This document shows positions 47,812 through 57,941 of a stretch of DNA of 64,000 bases, piece after piece. Within the stretch, counting starts at the first letter, position 1. Every line of letters begins with the position of its first letter. Source of the stretch: Planctomycetota bacterium (GTDB taxonomy: Bacteria; Planctomycetota; UBA8108; UBA1146); assembly GCA_965661685.1 (NCBI GenBank), contig CBFIET010000171.1:12584-76583 (forward strand). Reading direction: 5' to 3'. The notes beneath the pieces are model-generated. The model was given only the letters and a program-made list of their open reading frames with translations. It ran no database searches and had not been told where the DNA came from. A program made the position numbers and the translations under genes.

Positions 47812-48531
47812 ATGGCACGAGAAAACAGAACCGATGACGCACCCCGTTCCGTCGAGGTGACCAGTGGCTTCATTCCGGAAATCAAATCGAGTGCGCTGTA
47901 CCGATGTGGCGGTACCGCAGTTCTCTGTGTGGCAACCCTCGAGGAGGGAACCCCGCGCTGGAACACCGGCACATCGGGCTGGGCCACCGCCGATTACCAG
48001 ATGATGCCGTACTCCGTCACCCCGAGACTTGAACGCTTCAACAAGAGCTCCCCTGACGGCCGAGCTGTGGAGATCCGCCGCCTGATCGGTCGTGCGCTGC
48101 GGGCCGGGTTGGATCTTTCGCTGATCCCCGGATACACCATCCGGATCGATTGCGATGTGCTCCATGCCGATGGCGGGACCCGAACTGCCTCCATCAATGC
48201 TTCTACCGTTGCTCTCGGTTTGCTGGTCCAGGAACATCTCGCCAGCGGAGTCCTCGCTGCGGACCCTCGAAGAGAGTTGATCCTGGCGATGAGCGCAGGG
48301 ATCCAGGAAGGCTCTCTACTGGTCGATCTCGACTACCAGGAGGACAGCACTGCTGCCATCGACCTGAATCTCATCGGAACCGGTTCCGGTGAGGTGATCG
48401 AGGTGGTGGGCGGATGCGAAAACGGCCCGGTTCCGATGCAGACGATGCAATCGGTCATCGATGCGGCGATGGGCGGAATTCACCAGGTCAGTTCGATGCT
48501 GGATGAACATGTATTCTCCATCCAGAACTGA
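47812..48531 (+). CDS. rph: Ribonuclease PH
   Basis: GWATADYQMMP, GR.VEIRRLIGRALRA, DCDVLHADGGTRTASIN and DLDYQEDS. Confidence 0.93.
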   Translation: MARENRTDDAPRSVEVTSGFIPEIKSSALYRCGGTAVLCVATLEEGTPRWNTGTSGWATADYQMMPYSVTPRLERFNKSSPDGRAVEIRRLIGRALRAGLDLSLIPGYTIRIDCDVLHADGGTRTASINASTVALGLLVQEHLASGVLAADPRRELILAMSAGIQEGSLLVDLDYQEDSTAAIDLNLIGTGSGEVIEVVGGCENGPVPMQTMQSVIDAAMGGIHQVSSMLDEHVFSIQN

Positions 48532-48685
48532 GAAATGCTCGTGGTCACGGCGCAGATTCGCCGTAACAGCCGCAAATGAGGTCCATCCGTCCACAGGGTC
48601 TCCTTGCGGATGCAGGGTCCCTTCCGTAGCATCTCCGGTACGCCCGGCCCTCAGGGGTGATCCCTGTCGAAATTCGGAGAATTGA

Positions 48686-49327
48686 GTGATCCCTCGTCCA
48701 GATCGTCCCCTGCTCATCGCATCGGGAAATTCGCACAAACACGAAGAGATCCGCCGTGCGCTTCCGCAAGGCCTGGTCGATATCGTGGTTCCCGCCACGG
48801 TTCAGAAGCGGATTGGCGAGCCGATCCCCGACCCCGTCGAGGACGGCACGACCCTGCTCGAGAATGCCGTCATCAAGGGAGTCGCCTTCTCCACCTGGAG
48901 TGGTCTTCCCGCCGTTGCGGACGACACCGGACTCTTCATCGAGGCACTCGATGGGGAACCAGGGGTCCACTCCGCACGCTGGGCCGGGGAAGACGCCACC
49001 TTTCAGGATAACGTCGCCATGGCACTCGATCGTCTCCAGCAACGAACAGGTGCACAACGACGTGCACAATTCCGCTGCGTACTGGCGCTCTGTCATGGAG
49101 ATGAGTTGATCCTGTCGGTCGAAGGCACCTGCCCCGGGACCATCACCGAGCAGGCTCATGGCAGCGACGGATTCGGATACGATCCCATCTTCATTCCCGA
49201 TGGCGAATCCCTCACCTTTGCAGAGATGGCCCCGCAAGAAAAGGATGCCATCAGCCACCGCGGCAAGGCTCTTCAACTCTTCTGCGATCTCTACCAGCAA
49301 CTGAATTCTGCTGGAGGTCAGCGATGA
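48686..49327 (+). CDS. rdgB: Non-canonical purine NTP pyrophosphatase (RdgB/HAM1)
   Basis: ASGN.HK, ENA..K, ADDTGL..EAL.G.PGV.SAR, GFGYDPIF and SHRGKA. Confidence 0.95.
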   Translation: MIPRPDRPLLIASGNSHKHEEIRRALPQGLVDIVVPATVQKRIGEPIPDPVEDGTTLLENAVIKGVAFSTWSGLPAVADDTGLFIEALDGEPGVHSARWAGEDATFQDNVAMALDRLQQRTGAQRRAQFRCVLALCHGDELILSVEGTCPGTITEQAHGSDGFGYDPIFIPDGESLTFAEMAPQEKDAISHRGKALQLFCDLYQQLNSAGGQR

Positions 49328-51144
49328 GTTTCCCAATCGACAAGATCCGAAACTTCTCAATCGTTGCGCACATCGACCACGGCAAGTCGACACTGGCAGA
49401 TCGATTGCTCCTCAAGACCGGCACCATCTCCGAACGTCAATTTCGAGATCAATTGCTCGACGACATGGAACTGGAGCAGGAGCGAGGAATCACCATCAAG
49501 GCGAAAACGGTTCGAATGGAATACGTTGCCGAAGATGGAGATCGCTACCAGTTGAACCTCATCGACACGCCGGGTCATGTCGATTTCGGCTACGAGGTAT
49601 CACGAAGCCTCGCTGCCTGTGAAGGAGCGCTGCTGATCGTCGATGCAGCACAAGGAGTGGAAGCACAGACGGTTGCCAATGCATTCCTCGCCATCGAGGG
49701 AGACCTGGAAATAATTCCAGTGATGAACAAGATCGATCTCACCACCGCTCGTCCCGAAGAGATTGACGAGGAGATGGCTCAGACCTTCGGCTTCCAGAAG
49801 AGTGAGTCGATCCGCTGTTCTGCCAAGACGGGCCAGGGCGTCGATGAAGTTCTCGAGGCGATCACCACCTTCGTCCCCCCACCGCAGGGAAAACGAGAGG
49901 TTCCTCTCAGGGCTCTCATCTTCGATTCTCATTACGATGAGTACCGCGGCGTCATCATCTACGTCTGTATCAAGGAGGGCGTGCTGAAGAAGGGGGAGGA
50001 CATCCTCCTGATGTCCACTGAAAGAAAGTACAACGTCGATGAGGTCGGAGTCTTCACTCCCTCGATGAAATCCACCGGAATCCTTGAGGCCGGTGAGGTG
50101 GGTTACTTCTTCGCCAGCATCAAGACGATTCACGACATCAGGATTGGCGACACCGTCACCACTCGAATCGACCCGGCAAGCGAGAGCCTACCCGGATTCG
50201 AGCACCCCAATCCCATGGTGTTCTGTGGCACCTATCCCGCCGACAGCGGTGACTACGAGGATTTGAGAACAGCTCTCGACAAGTTGTGGCTCAATGACCC
50301 TTCCTTCACCTTCACTCCCGAGTCATCCGATGCCCTGGGATTTGGGTTCCGCTGTGGATTCCTCGGCTTGCTGCACATGGAAATCATCCAGGAACGTCTC
50401 GAGCGGGAGTCGGGGATCTCCGTGGTACAGACCGCCCCCACCGTCACCTACGAGATTCTCCTGAAGGAGGGCACGACCAAGTTGATCGACAGCCCCAGCC
50501 AACTTCCAGATACGATGCTGGTCGAAGAAGTGAGAGAACCGATCGTCGATGCTCACATCATCGTCCCCACCGAGTACATCGGAGCCGTGATGAAGTTGAT
50601 GGATGAGAAGAGGGGCGAGTGGAAAAAAACCGAATATCTCTCTCCCACCAGGGTTCAGATGAGCTACGAGGCGCCCCTTGCAGAGATCATCGCAGATTTC
50701 TATGACAAACTGAAATCCTGCACTCGGGGTTACGGAACCCTGGACTACACATTCAAGTACTTCCGCAAGGACCAGTTGGTTCGGTTGAACATCCTGGTCA
50801 ACGGAGATGCAGTCGATGCTCTCAGCGTCATCAGCCACAAGGATGTGGCAGAACGCAAGGGTCGTCAGTTACTGAAGAAGTTGAAGGCTGTCATTCCTCG
50901 ACACATGTTCCAGGTGCCTTTGCAGGCCTCCATCGGAGGTAAGATCATCGCCCGCGAGACGATCCGAGCCATGATGAAAAATGTCACGGCAAAATGCTAT
51001 GGTGGTGACATCTCCAGGAAACGTAAGTTGCTGGAGAAGCAGAAGGAAGGCAAGAAACGGATGAAGCAGGTCGGGAGCGTTGCGATTCCACAGGACGCCT
51101 TCATGGCGATCCTCCGCCTCGATGATGAGGAGAAGAAGAAATGA
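49324..51144 (+). CDS. lepA: Elongation factor 4 (LepA)
   Basis: IRNFSIVAHIDHGKSTLADR, GFRCGFLGLLH and KCYGGDISRKRKLLEKQKEGKKRMK. Confidence 0.97.
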   Translation: MSFPIDKIRNFSIVAHIDHGKSTLADRLLLKTGTISERQFRDQLLDDMELEQERGITIKAKTVRMEYVAEDGDRYQLNLIDTPGHVDFGYEVSRSLAACEGALLIVDAAQGVEAQTVANAFLAIEGDLEIIPVMNKIDLTTARPEEIDEEMAQTFGFQKSESIRCSAKTGQGVDEVLEAITTFVPPPQGKREVPLRALIFDSHYDEYRGVIIYVCIKEGVLKKGEDILLMSTERKYNVDEVGVFTPSMKSTGILEAGEVGYFFASIKTIHDIRIGDTVTTRIDPASESLPGFEHPNPMVFCGTYPADSGDYEDLRTALDKLWLNDPSFTFTPESSDALGFGFRCGFLGLLHMEIIQERLERESGISVVQTAPTVTYEILLKEGTTKLIDSPSQLPDTMLVEEVREPIVDAHIIVPTEYIGAVMKLMDEKRGEWKKTEYLSPTRVQMSYEAPLAEIIADFYDKLKSCTRGYGTLDYTFKYFRKDQLVRLNILVNGDAVDALSVISHKDVAERKGRQLLKKLKAVIPRHMFQVPLQASIGGKIIARETIRAMMKNVTAKCYGGDISRKRKLLEKQKEGKKRMKQVGSVAIPQDAFMAILRLDDEEKKK

Positions 51145-52601
51145 AGTGGAGTTCGATGCGCGAAAACCTTGAGGCCCTCACGGTGGCATTGCTACTGGCC
51201 CTGGTCATTCGCCACTTCTTCATCGAGTCCTACGAAATCCCCACTGGTTCGATGGCTTCCGATCTAAACGGTCTCCACGTCACCGCCCACTGCCCGAATT
51301 GCTCGACCCCCAATCATGTAGGAATCAGCAGCGACAGTCTCACCAACCGGGTAAATCTCGGAAACCGCATAGAGATATTCGAGACAATCTGTCCCGAGAA
51401 CAACACTCCCATCAAGATCGCGACCAGTGGCAGGAATCAGGTGACCTGCCCCGCCTGTAAGCAATCGCATCCGACCGAGGAAACCCGCTGGACATATGCC
51501 TCTACATTGAGAGCGTGGTGCAGGGAGTGCACGAACATCTTCCCCGTGGTCGTCGAAGCCGACGACATTCTCGGCGGAAACAAGATCCTGGTCGACAAGT
51601 TCATCTACGACTGGCAGGAGCCGAAGCGCTGGGATGTCGTCGTCTTCAAGTTCAACAGGGAACGCAATTACATCAAGCGTCTCGTTGGATTACCGGGAGA
51701 GAAGATCCAGGTGGTATCTGGAGATGTCTGGATCGATGGCAAAATCGAATCAAAAAGCATCAATACCCAGAAGAACTTCTGGACACAGATTCACGACAGT
51801 TCCGTTATCGAAAATGGCCTGGTGGAACCAGCCTGGAATTCAGATTCCGGGTGGCAGAGACAGGAGGACGGGAGCTGGGATTTCAATCAGGTGGGAGATT
51901 CGGGCCGGCTGGCATACACACGCCCCATCCGTAACCGATACAACTACAACCCGGTCCGCCCCTCCAGTAGACCTGACCCGGTACGCGATGTTGCTGTACG
52001 TGCGAAATTCCATGCTGCGCGGAGCAAGGACTCCACCAGTGCAGAATTCCACATCTCCATCCACAACTATCCGTCGGAGTACCGCTGCTCCTTACCCTTC
52101 GGCGAAGGTGCCATCAATTTGCAACTGATCCGACCAGGGGAAGAACCGGTGCTACTCGGTTCGATAGAGGACAGTCCAATCATCCAGGGGCAGCATTACC
52201 TCATCGAGGCCCACATCGTTGATCGACGCTTCCGGGTCTTCATCGATGGCGACTCGGTAGCCGACATCGCACTGCCCACTTCGGAGCAGCAGGCGGGATT
52301 GCGAGGTAACGGGCGAGACCAGGAAGCCAGCAGCGTCACCTTTTCAGCAAAAAACTGCGGAGGGAAACTTCACTCCATCGAACTCTTTCGAGATCTACAC
52401 TGGACTCAGGTTTCTCGAAACGCCACCTCCGAACCGTTCGAGATCGGGGCCGATCGCTACTTCGTTCTGGGAGACAATAGCCCCTCCAGTCTTGATTCCA
52501 GATGGTGGGGTCCATTCTCTCGCAGCAATCTCCTGGGACGAGGCTTTGCGATCTTCTGGCCCGCCCTTCCGGGGCGAAATGAGAGCGGGTTCATCCGATG
52601 A
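51141..52601 (+). CDS. lepB: Signal peptidase I with large insertions
   Basis: One TM helix, IPTGSM (catalytic Ser), RWDVVVF, YIKRLVGLPGE (catalytic Lys) and YFVLGDNSPSSLDSR. Follows lepA. Confidence 0.92.
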   Translation: MKWSSMRENLEALTVALLLALVIRHFFIESYEIPTGSMASDLNGLHVTAHCPNCSTPNHVGISSDSLTNRVNLGNRIEIFETICPENNTPIKIATSGRNQVTCPACKQSHPTEETRWTYASTLRAWCRECTNIFPVVVEADDILGGNKILVDKFIYDWQEPKRWDVVVFKFNRERNYIKRLVGLPGEKIQVVSGDVWIDGKIESKSINTQKNFWTQIHDSSVIENGLVEPAWNSDSGWQRQEDGSWDFNQVGDSGRLAYTRPIRNRYNYNPVRPSSRPDPVRDVAVRAKFHAARSKDSTSAEFHISIHNYPSEYRCSLPFGEGAINLQLIRPGEEPVLLGSIEDSPIIQGQHYLIEAHIVDRRFRVFIDGDSVADIALPTSEQQAGLRGNGRDQEASSVTFSAKNCGGKLHSIELFRDLHWTQVSRNATSEPFEIGADRYFVLGDNSPSSLDSRWWGPFSRSNLLGRGFAIFWPALPGRNESGFIR

Positions 52602-53317
52602 TCCTGACCGTGAGGAATCTCAGCAAATCGTACAGTAATCGCCGGGTTGTCGACCGAGTGTCCTTCGACGTGGCCCCAGGCTCCGTCATCGGATTGCTCG
52701 GAAAGAACGGGGCCGGAAAGACAACGACATTTCGGATGACCACCGGCATGGTACAGCCGGATCAGGGCCAGGTTTTCTTCAATGGAGAAGAGATCAGTAA
52801 CCTGCCGATGTATCAGCGTGCTCGCCGTGGAATGGGTTATCTCCCGCAAGAGACCTCGGTATTCCGGGGATTGACGGTTCGCCAGAATCTCATCTCCATC
52901 CTCGAGACCAGACCACTCAGCGAGCCGGAAAGAAATGTTCGCCTCGGTGAATTGATTGAAGAATTCGGGCTCGAAAAGGTTGCAGATAGCAGGGCAGAAT
53001 TCCTGTCTGGAGGTGAGAAAAGACGACTCGAAGTAGCTCGTGCTCTCGTTTCCGAACCGACGCTCATCTTGCTCGACGAGCCCTTCAGTGGTGTCGATCC
53101 CATCGCCGTGTCCGATCTCCAGCAGGTGATTCGCTACCTGTCAGATCAAGGGATCGGTATCTTGCTGACAGATCACAACGTGAGAGAGACTCTCAATGTT
53201 TGCGATCGGTCCTTCATCATTTACGACGGGCGAATCATCGCCCAGGGGGATCAGAACCAGATTCTTCAGGATGCAGATGCACGCAGATACTACCTCGGCG
53301 AACAGTTCTCGATGTAG
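52598..53317 (+). CDS. lptB: LPS export ABC transporter ATP-binding protein
   Basis: GKNGAGKTTTF, LPMYQRARRGMGYLPQE, LSGGEKRR, DEPFSGVDPI and TDHNVRETL. Confidence 0.95.
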   Translation: MILTVRNLSKSYSNRRVVDRVSFDVAPGSVIGLLGKNGAGKTTTFRMTTGMVQPDQGQVFFNGEEISNLPMYQRARRGMGYLPQETSVFRGLTVRQNLISILETRPLSEPERNVRLGELIEEFGLEKVADSRAEFLSGGEKRRLEVARALVSEPTLILLDEPFSGVDPIAVSDLQQVIRYLSDQGIGILLTDHNVRETLNVCDRSFIIYDGRIIAQGDQNQILQDADARRYYLGEQFSM

Positions 53318-53323
53318 ATCGAA

Positions 53324-53776
53324 TTGAAGAAGAGGAACTCGACTGTGACACAACCACCATTTCTCACGAGACTCATCGCTGGCTGGCTCATCCCCGGGCT
53401 GGGTCATCTTCTCGGCGGAAAGAACCGTGAAGGCTGGCTGTTGATTCTGTCCTTGAACTTGCTCTGGGCCTGCGGGATGTGGCTGTGTGACTTCGAAGCA
53501 GCCTCTCGTCTCTTTCACCCCTATCTCTTCTGGACCGGAGCGGGGTGCGGGGGAACGGTGGTCCTCTCCGTCTTCGACCCCGCTGCAGAGCTAGCATTGA
53601 CCGGCCTCTCCAGCGTAGAGGACTATCAAGATGTTCCCCGCTGGAACGATACCGGCCTTTTACTGGTTTACGTCGCCGGATTGCTCAACATCCTGTGCCT
53701 GCTCGACCTGATCGACTCCAGGATCGAACCCAATCGCCATCAGTCCTCCTCGCCAGGGAAGGACTCTGAGCAATGA
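53324..53776 (+). CDS. Small membrane protein (DUF6677-like)
   Basis: AGWLIPGLGHL...G.L..VAGLLNIL..LD pattern. Confidence 0.6.
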   Translation: MKKRNSTVTQPPFLTRLIAGWLIPGLGHLLGGKNREGWLLILSLNLLWACGMWLCDFEAASRLFHPYLFWTGAGCGGTVVLSVFDPAAELALTGLSSVEDYQDVPRWNDTGLLLVYVAGLLNILCLLDLIDSRIEPNRHQSSSPGKDSEQ

Positions 53777-53958
53777 TCGAACTGCTCACCTTCTTGCTAC
53801 TGACTGCAATCATCTCCTTCGTCCATGTGACCGTGACGCAGACGTCGCGCCACAGGAACTCGTTGAGGGAGATCACTGCGTACTTCCTCAGTGCTTCAGG
53901 TGGCATGCTGCTGCTGGCTGCGATCATCGAGGCTCTCTCACTGCTCTTCCAGTATTGA
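53773..53958 (+). CDS. Small two-helix membrane protein
   Basis: 61 aa, two hydrophobic segments, ATGA overlap with the upstream gene. Confidence 0.6.
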   Translation: MIELLTFLLLTAIISFVHVTVTQTSRHRNSLREITAYFLSASGGMLLLAAIIEALSLLFQY

Positions 53959-53980
53959 TCGATCTTTAGTACCATGCATG

Positions 53981-54367
53981 GTGGTGAGCGGGTGTAGCGG
54001 TCGCGTCATGGCATTGCCATGTCGAGGAAAGTCCGGGCTCCGCAGGGCAGGGTGGTGGGTAACTCCCACCGGGAGTGATCCCAGGGAAAGTGCCACAGAA
54101 AATATACCGCCGGAGATCCTCGGATCACCGGTAAGGGTGAAATGGTGAGGTAAGAGCTCACCGCGGGGGCGGTGACGTCCCTGGCAGGGTAAACCCCACC
54201 CGGAGAAAGACCAAACAGAGGCAAAGGAGCGGCCCGCTCCATTCCCGCTTGTCGGGTGAATGCCCGGGTAGGTCGTTAGAGTTGTCCGGCAACGGGCAGC
54301 CGAGAGGAATGACCGCACATCGACCTCGTGTCGGTGAACAGGACTCGGCTTACGGCCCGCTCACCAC
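53981..54367 (+). ncRNA. rnpB: RNase P RNA (type A)
   Basis: P1 GTGGTGAGCGGG/CCCGCTCACCAC, GAGGAAAGTCCGGGCTCC, GAAAGTGCCACAGAAA, GGTAAACCCC and ACAGGACTCGGCTTAC, followed by a T-rich tract. Confidence 0.97.
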
Positions 54368-54449
54368 TCTTTTTTCTTCGAGCCACGTGCTGGCCGATGA
54401 AATCGGCAAGATCTGCCTTCAGTCGGCTTCATCTGACGATTACTGCACA

Positions 54450-54477
54450 TTGACTCGATGAGGAGCAGTGCTAGCAT
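54450..54477 (+). promoter_or_regulatory. Candidate sigma70 promoter for the CRTAC1-like gene
   Basis: TTGACT, 16-bp spacer, TAGCAT preceded by an extended -10 TG. Confidence 0.45.
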
Positions 54478-54556
54478 CGAAGATAGCACGATAGAACCCG
54501 GCAATATGTCTTGCTGGTCGGTGCTACCGATTTCCGGGCACAGATAGGACATCAAG

Positions 54557-56464
54557 ATGAAGGCGATCCAGACACTGCTCGTGCTGCTGTCCAGCTTCTT
54601 TTTGATCCCCCCCACCCTGCTCTTCAGCCAGCCGGTCCCGTTCACCCAGGAGGCGATCTCCAGGGGTGTCGATCACTTCACCTTCGCATCCTCCACCTTT
54701 GGATACGGACTCGGACTCGATGACCTGGACGGGGATGGAGATCCCGATCTGATCGCGACTGGCAAGGTTCTGGGTCAGGTCTGCGTTTACGAGAACGATG
54801 GTTCCGGCAACTTCACCGACCGCACAGCCGCCAGTGGATTGCCCTTCGATTCCAACTTTACCGGAATTTCACTGGGTGACTACGACGGGGACTCCGATCT
54901 CGATGTCTACCTGTCGGGACACGATATCCCTGATCTCCTGTTCAGGAATGACGGAGCATTTGTCTTCACGGATGTCACGGTCGCTGCTGGCCTTGGAAAT
55001 CTGGGCAAGGCAAATGGGGCCGCATGGTCAGACCAAAATCATGACGGTTGGCTAGACCTCTACGTTGCAAATTTCAATCTCGAGGGAGTAGACCTCAACG
55101 ATGTGGATCATCCCAACAAATTTTATCGCAATCTAGGAGATGGCACCTTCATCGAAATCGGGCAGGAACTCGGCATCGCAGATCCTCGCCTCGCTCACCA
55201 GGTGATGTTTCTCGATGCGGACAGGGATGGGGATAGGGATCTCTACGTTTCCAATGACAAGGGGCAGATCAGTCCCGAAATCCTGTGGAATCGACTGTGG
55301 GAAGCCGAAGGAGATGAGTTCATCGATGTCAGTGATACTTCCGGCGCAGGCATCTCCATCGACTCGATGGGGATCGATGCCGGAGACCTGGACATGGATG
55401 GATACTTCGATATCTATTGCTCGAATCTCGCCACCAATCCCGGGGTACCTGGATTGAACGTCCTGCTCTGTGGAAATGAAGACCTTCAATTCATCGATCG
55501 CACCCTCGAGGCTCAGGTGGAAGCGGCTGGCATCTGCTGGGGAGTCCGATTTGTCGATTTCGACAACGATGGATACGAGGAACTTTATGTCCTCGCCACC
55601 GATCAGCCCGCATCGTTTTTCGACTGCGATGGCGTTTTTCCATGCTCAGAGATCGCTTCCGATGTGGGGCTCGCCATGTCTCCCTACAACCCTGGGCAGC
55701 AAGCGCCCTCTTACTGCGTCGTTTCCGGTGATATCGACATGGACGGCGATCTCGACCTGATTACACAGAGTGCCAATGAACGTCTCGCCATCTACATCAA
55801 CCAGACAGGGACATCTCAGAACTCGGTTCGATTGACACTCCGAGACGATGCTCCCAATGTGTATGCGATCGGCGCGATGTTGAGGATGACAACGGCGGCA
55901 GGAGTTCAGTGGAGAGAACTTCGCGCAGGAGGTGTCTACAAGTCATCCTCGGAACTTGCCCAGACGATAGGAATCGGTACCGAGTCAATTCTTCAGGAAG
56001 TCCTCGTCCGCTGGCCCGATGGAGACCTATCATTCGTGGAGGATTTACCCGCTGGATCCGCCACCGTCATCGATCGGAATCTGATCCAATCTCATCAGGA
56101 CTGCAATCACAACTTCATCGCCGACACCATCGACATTGCAAACGACCCCCTACTCGACGTGGATGGAAACGGAATCATCGACAGTTGCACCCTGTTCATC
56201 CGTGGAGATAGCAACGGAGATCAGGTGTTGAATATCGCAGATGTAGTTGCTGCACTCGATGTCATGTTCGGCCCCGTCCTGGCTACCTGCGATCTAACCC
56301 TCGACTGCAACGATGATTCTCTCGTCAATATTGCAGACCCGATTTTCTTGCTCGGTCATCTGTTCTCAGGTGGACCGACATTGCCTCCCCCGGCGCACGA
56401 CTGTGGTGCCGATCCGACGGCACCGGGAACCCTGCTGTGCGACACCCCACCCATCTGCCCGTGA
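54557..56464 (+). CDS. Secreted CRTAC1/ASPIC-UnbV FG-GAP repeat protein with dockerin-like tail
   Basis: Signal peptide, ~7 DxDxDGxxDL repeats, AIGA...VRWPDG (ASPIC/UnbV), DCN.N and FIRGDSNGD...NIAD...DCNDD..VNIAD. Confidence 0.88.
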   Translation: MKAIQTLLVLLSSFFLIPPTLLFSQPVPFTQEAISRGVDHFTFASSTFGYGLGLDDLDGDGDPDLIATGKVLGQVCVYENDGSGNFTDRTAASGLPFDSNFTGISLGDYDGDSDLDVYLSGHDIPDLLFRNDGAFVFTDVTVAAGLGNLGKANGAAWSDQNHDGWLDLYVANFNLEGVDLNDVDHPNKFYRNLGDGTFIEIGQELGIADPRLAHQVMFLDADRDGDRDLYVSNDKGQISPEILWNRLWEAEGDEFIDVSDTSGAGISIDSMGIDAGDLDMDGYFDIYCSNLATNPGVPGLNVLLCGNEDLQFIDRTLEAQVEAAGICWGVRFVDFDNDGYEELYVLATDQPASFFDCDGVFPCSEIASDVGLAMSPYNPGQQAPSYCVVSGDIDMDGDLDLITQSANERLAIYINQTGTSQNSVRLTLRDDAPNVYAIGAMLRMTTAAGVQWRELRAGGVYKSSSELAQTIGIGTESILQEVLVRWPDGDLSFVEDLPAGSATVIDRNLIQSHQDCNHNFIADTIDIANDPLLDVDGNGIIDSCTLFIRGDSNGDQVLNIADVVAALDVMFGPVLATCDLTLDCNDDSLVNIADPIFLLGHLFSGGPTLPPPAHDCGADPTAPGTLLCDTPPICP

Positions 56465-56570
56465 AGAGATGATGGCTCGTCTCCCTTCTTCTTGACTCCC
56501 CGACTCGATTCCACGATCATCTCGACGCTGCTCTTCACCTGTCTTGTTCGGTGATAGGAAAGACTGTCTC

Positions 56571-57941
56571 GTGGCTGATCAAAATCATGCTGAGGCCCCC
56601 CCTGGGACCATCCGGTCTCGCCTCGCCCAACCGATGGACATCGCCTCCCTGGTGGTATTCCGCATCTTGCTGGGCGCGAGCATTCTGTTCGAAACGATCC
56701 GCTACTGGTTCGATGGCCACCTCGAGGCGTACTACATCACCTCGAGCTTCCACTTCAAGTTCTACGGCTTCACCTGGGTCGAGAGATTGCCTGAAGCGGG
56801 GATGTGGCTCGTCTTCTTCCTGACGGCGCTTTCTGCCCTGGGAGTGATGGTCGGATATCGCTACCGAACATCTGCAATCGTATTGTTCAGCACTTTCACC
56901 TACGGCTTCCTGCTCGATGCTGCGACCTACCGGAACCACTTCTACCTGCTGTGCTTGCTCACCTTGTGGATGATCTTCCTGCCTGCAGGACGCTTCTTTT
57001 CGATGGATTCCAGTCGGGAACCGGATCAGAAACGGGAGGATTGCCCTAGCTGGTGCATCTGGTTGCTTCAGTTCCAGCTTGTAGTTGTTTACTTTTTCGC
57101 AGGGATCGCAAAATTTGACCCCGGCTGGCTCAGCGGGGAGTCGCTCAAGATGATCTTTCTCGCCGAGAATCACTCTCCCGAGGTACTCGCAATTCTTCTC
57201 AAGCCGATGGTCACCCAGTTCTTCGTGTGGAGTGGCCTACTCTTCGATCTGACCATCCCCTTCTTCTTGCTGTGGAAGAGAACCAGGCTGATTGCATTCA
57301 TCGCTGCAGCTTCCTTTCACCTGATCAACGGCACCTTCCTGGTCAGCGTCGGCATCTTCCCCTGGTTCATGATGGCCGGCAGCAGCATCTTCTTCCCTTC
57401 AAACTGGCCGAGGATTGCTCTTCAACGCCTCGGTTTCGTCTTGCGCCCGGTCGTACCGATGCCCGGTCCAGTACCCAGGATCTCTGCCTTGACCTCGACA
57501 CTGCTCGCCTTGATCGTTGCCAGCCAGTTACTGATCCCGCTTCGACACCATCTGTACGGTGGATACACATCCTGGACCCATGAGGGTCACCGCTGGTCAT
57601 GGCGAATGAAGTTGGTGGCGAAGAGAACCACCCGCCTGGAGTTCTTTACCATCAATCCCGAGACCGGGAATAGACAGGCGCTTGGAAACACCACATCGAT
57701 CCTGTTCCCATGGCAGCAGGATGTGATGTCACGCCAACCTGACCTGCTCCTGCAGTTTGCCAGGGATATGCATCGAACTCTGCTGGAGAAAACAGGGAAG
57801 AGTTATCCGATCCACGCCGATGTCATGGTGAGTATCAATGGTGCTTCTGCAGCACCGTTGATCGACCCCACCGTGGATCTTGCCACGGTGGAATGGTCCC
57901 TCACTCCGAAGAAGTGGATCCTCCCTCACCGTGGCATGTAG
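56571..57941 (+). CDS. HTTM-domain / vitamin K-dependent gamma-carboxylase-like membrane protein
   Basis: SLVVFRILLG, YRNHFYL, YFFAGIAKFDPGWLSG and W..EGHRWSWRMKL. C-terminal SING...LIDP.VDLA...WILP. Confidence 0.88.
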   Translation: MADQNHAEAPPGTIRSRLAQPMDIASLVVFRILLGASILFETIRYWFDGHLEAYYITSSFHFKFYGFTWVERLPEAGMWLVFFLTALSALGVMVGYRYRTSAIVLFSTFTYGFLLDAATYRNHFYLLCLLTLWMIFLPAGRFFSMDSSREPDQKREDCPSWCIWLLQFQLVVVYFFAGIAKFDPGWLSGESLKMIFLAENHSPEVLAILLKPMVTQFFVWSGLLFDLTIPFFLLWKRTRLIAFIAAASFHLINGTFLVSVGIFPWFMMAGSSIFFPSNWPRIALQRLGFVLRPVVPMPGPVPRISALTSTLLALIVASQLLIPLRHHLYGGYTSWTHEGHRWSWRMKLVAKRTTRLEFFTINPETGNRQALGNTTSILFPWQQDVMSRQPDLLLQFARDMHRTLLEKTGKSYPIHADVMVSINGASAAPLIDPTVDLATVEWSLTPKKWILPHRGM

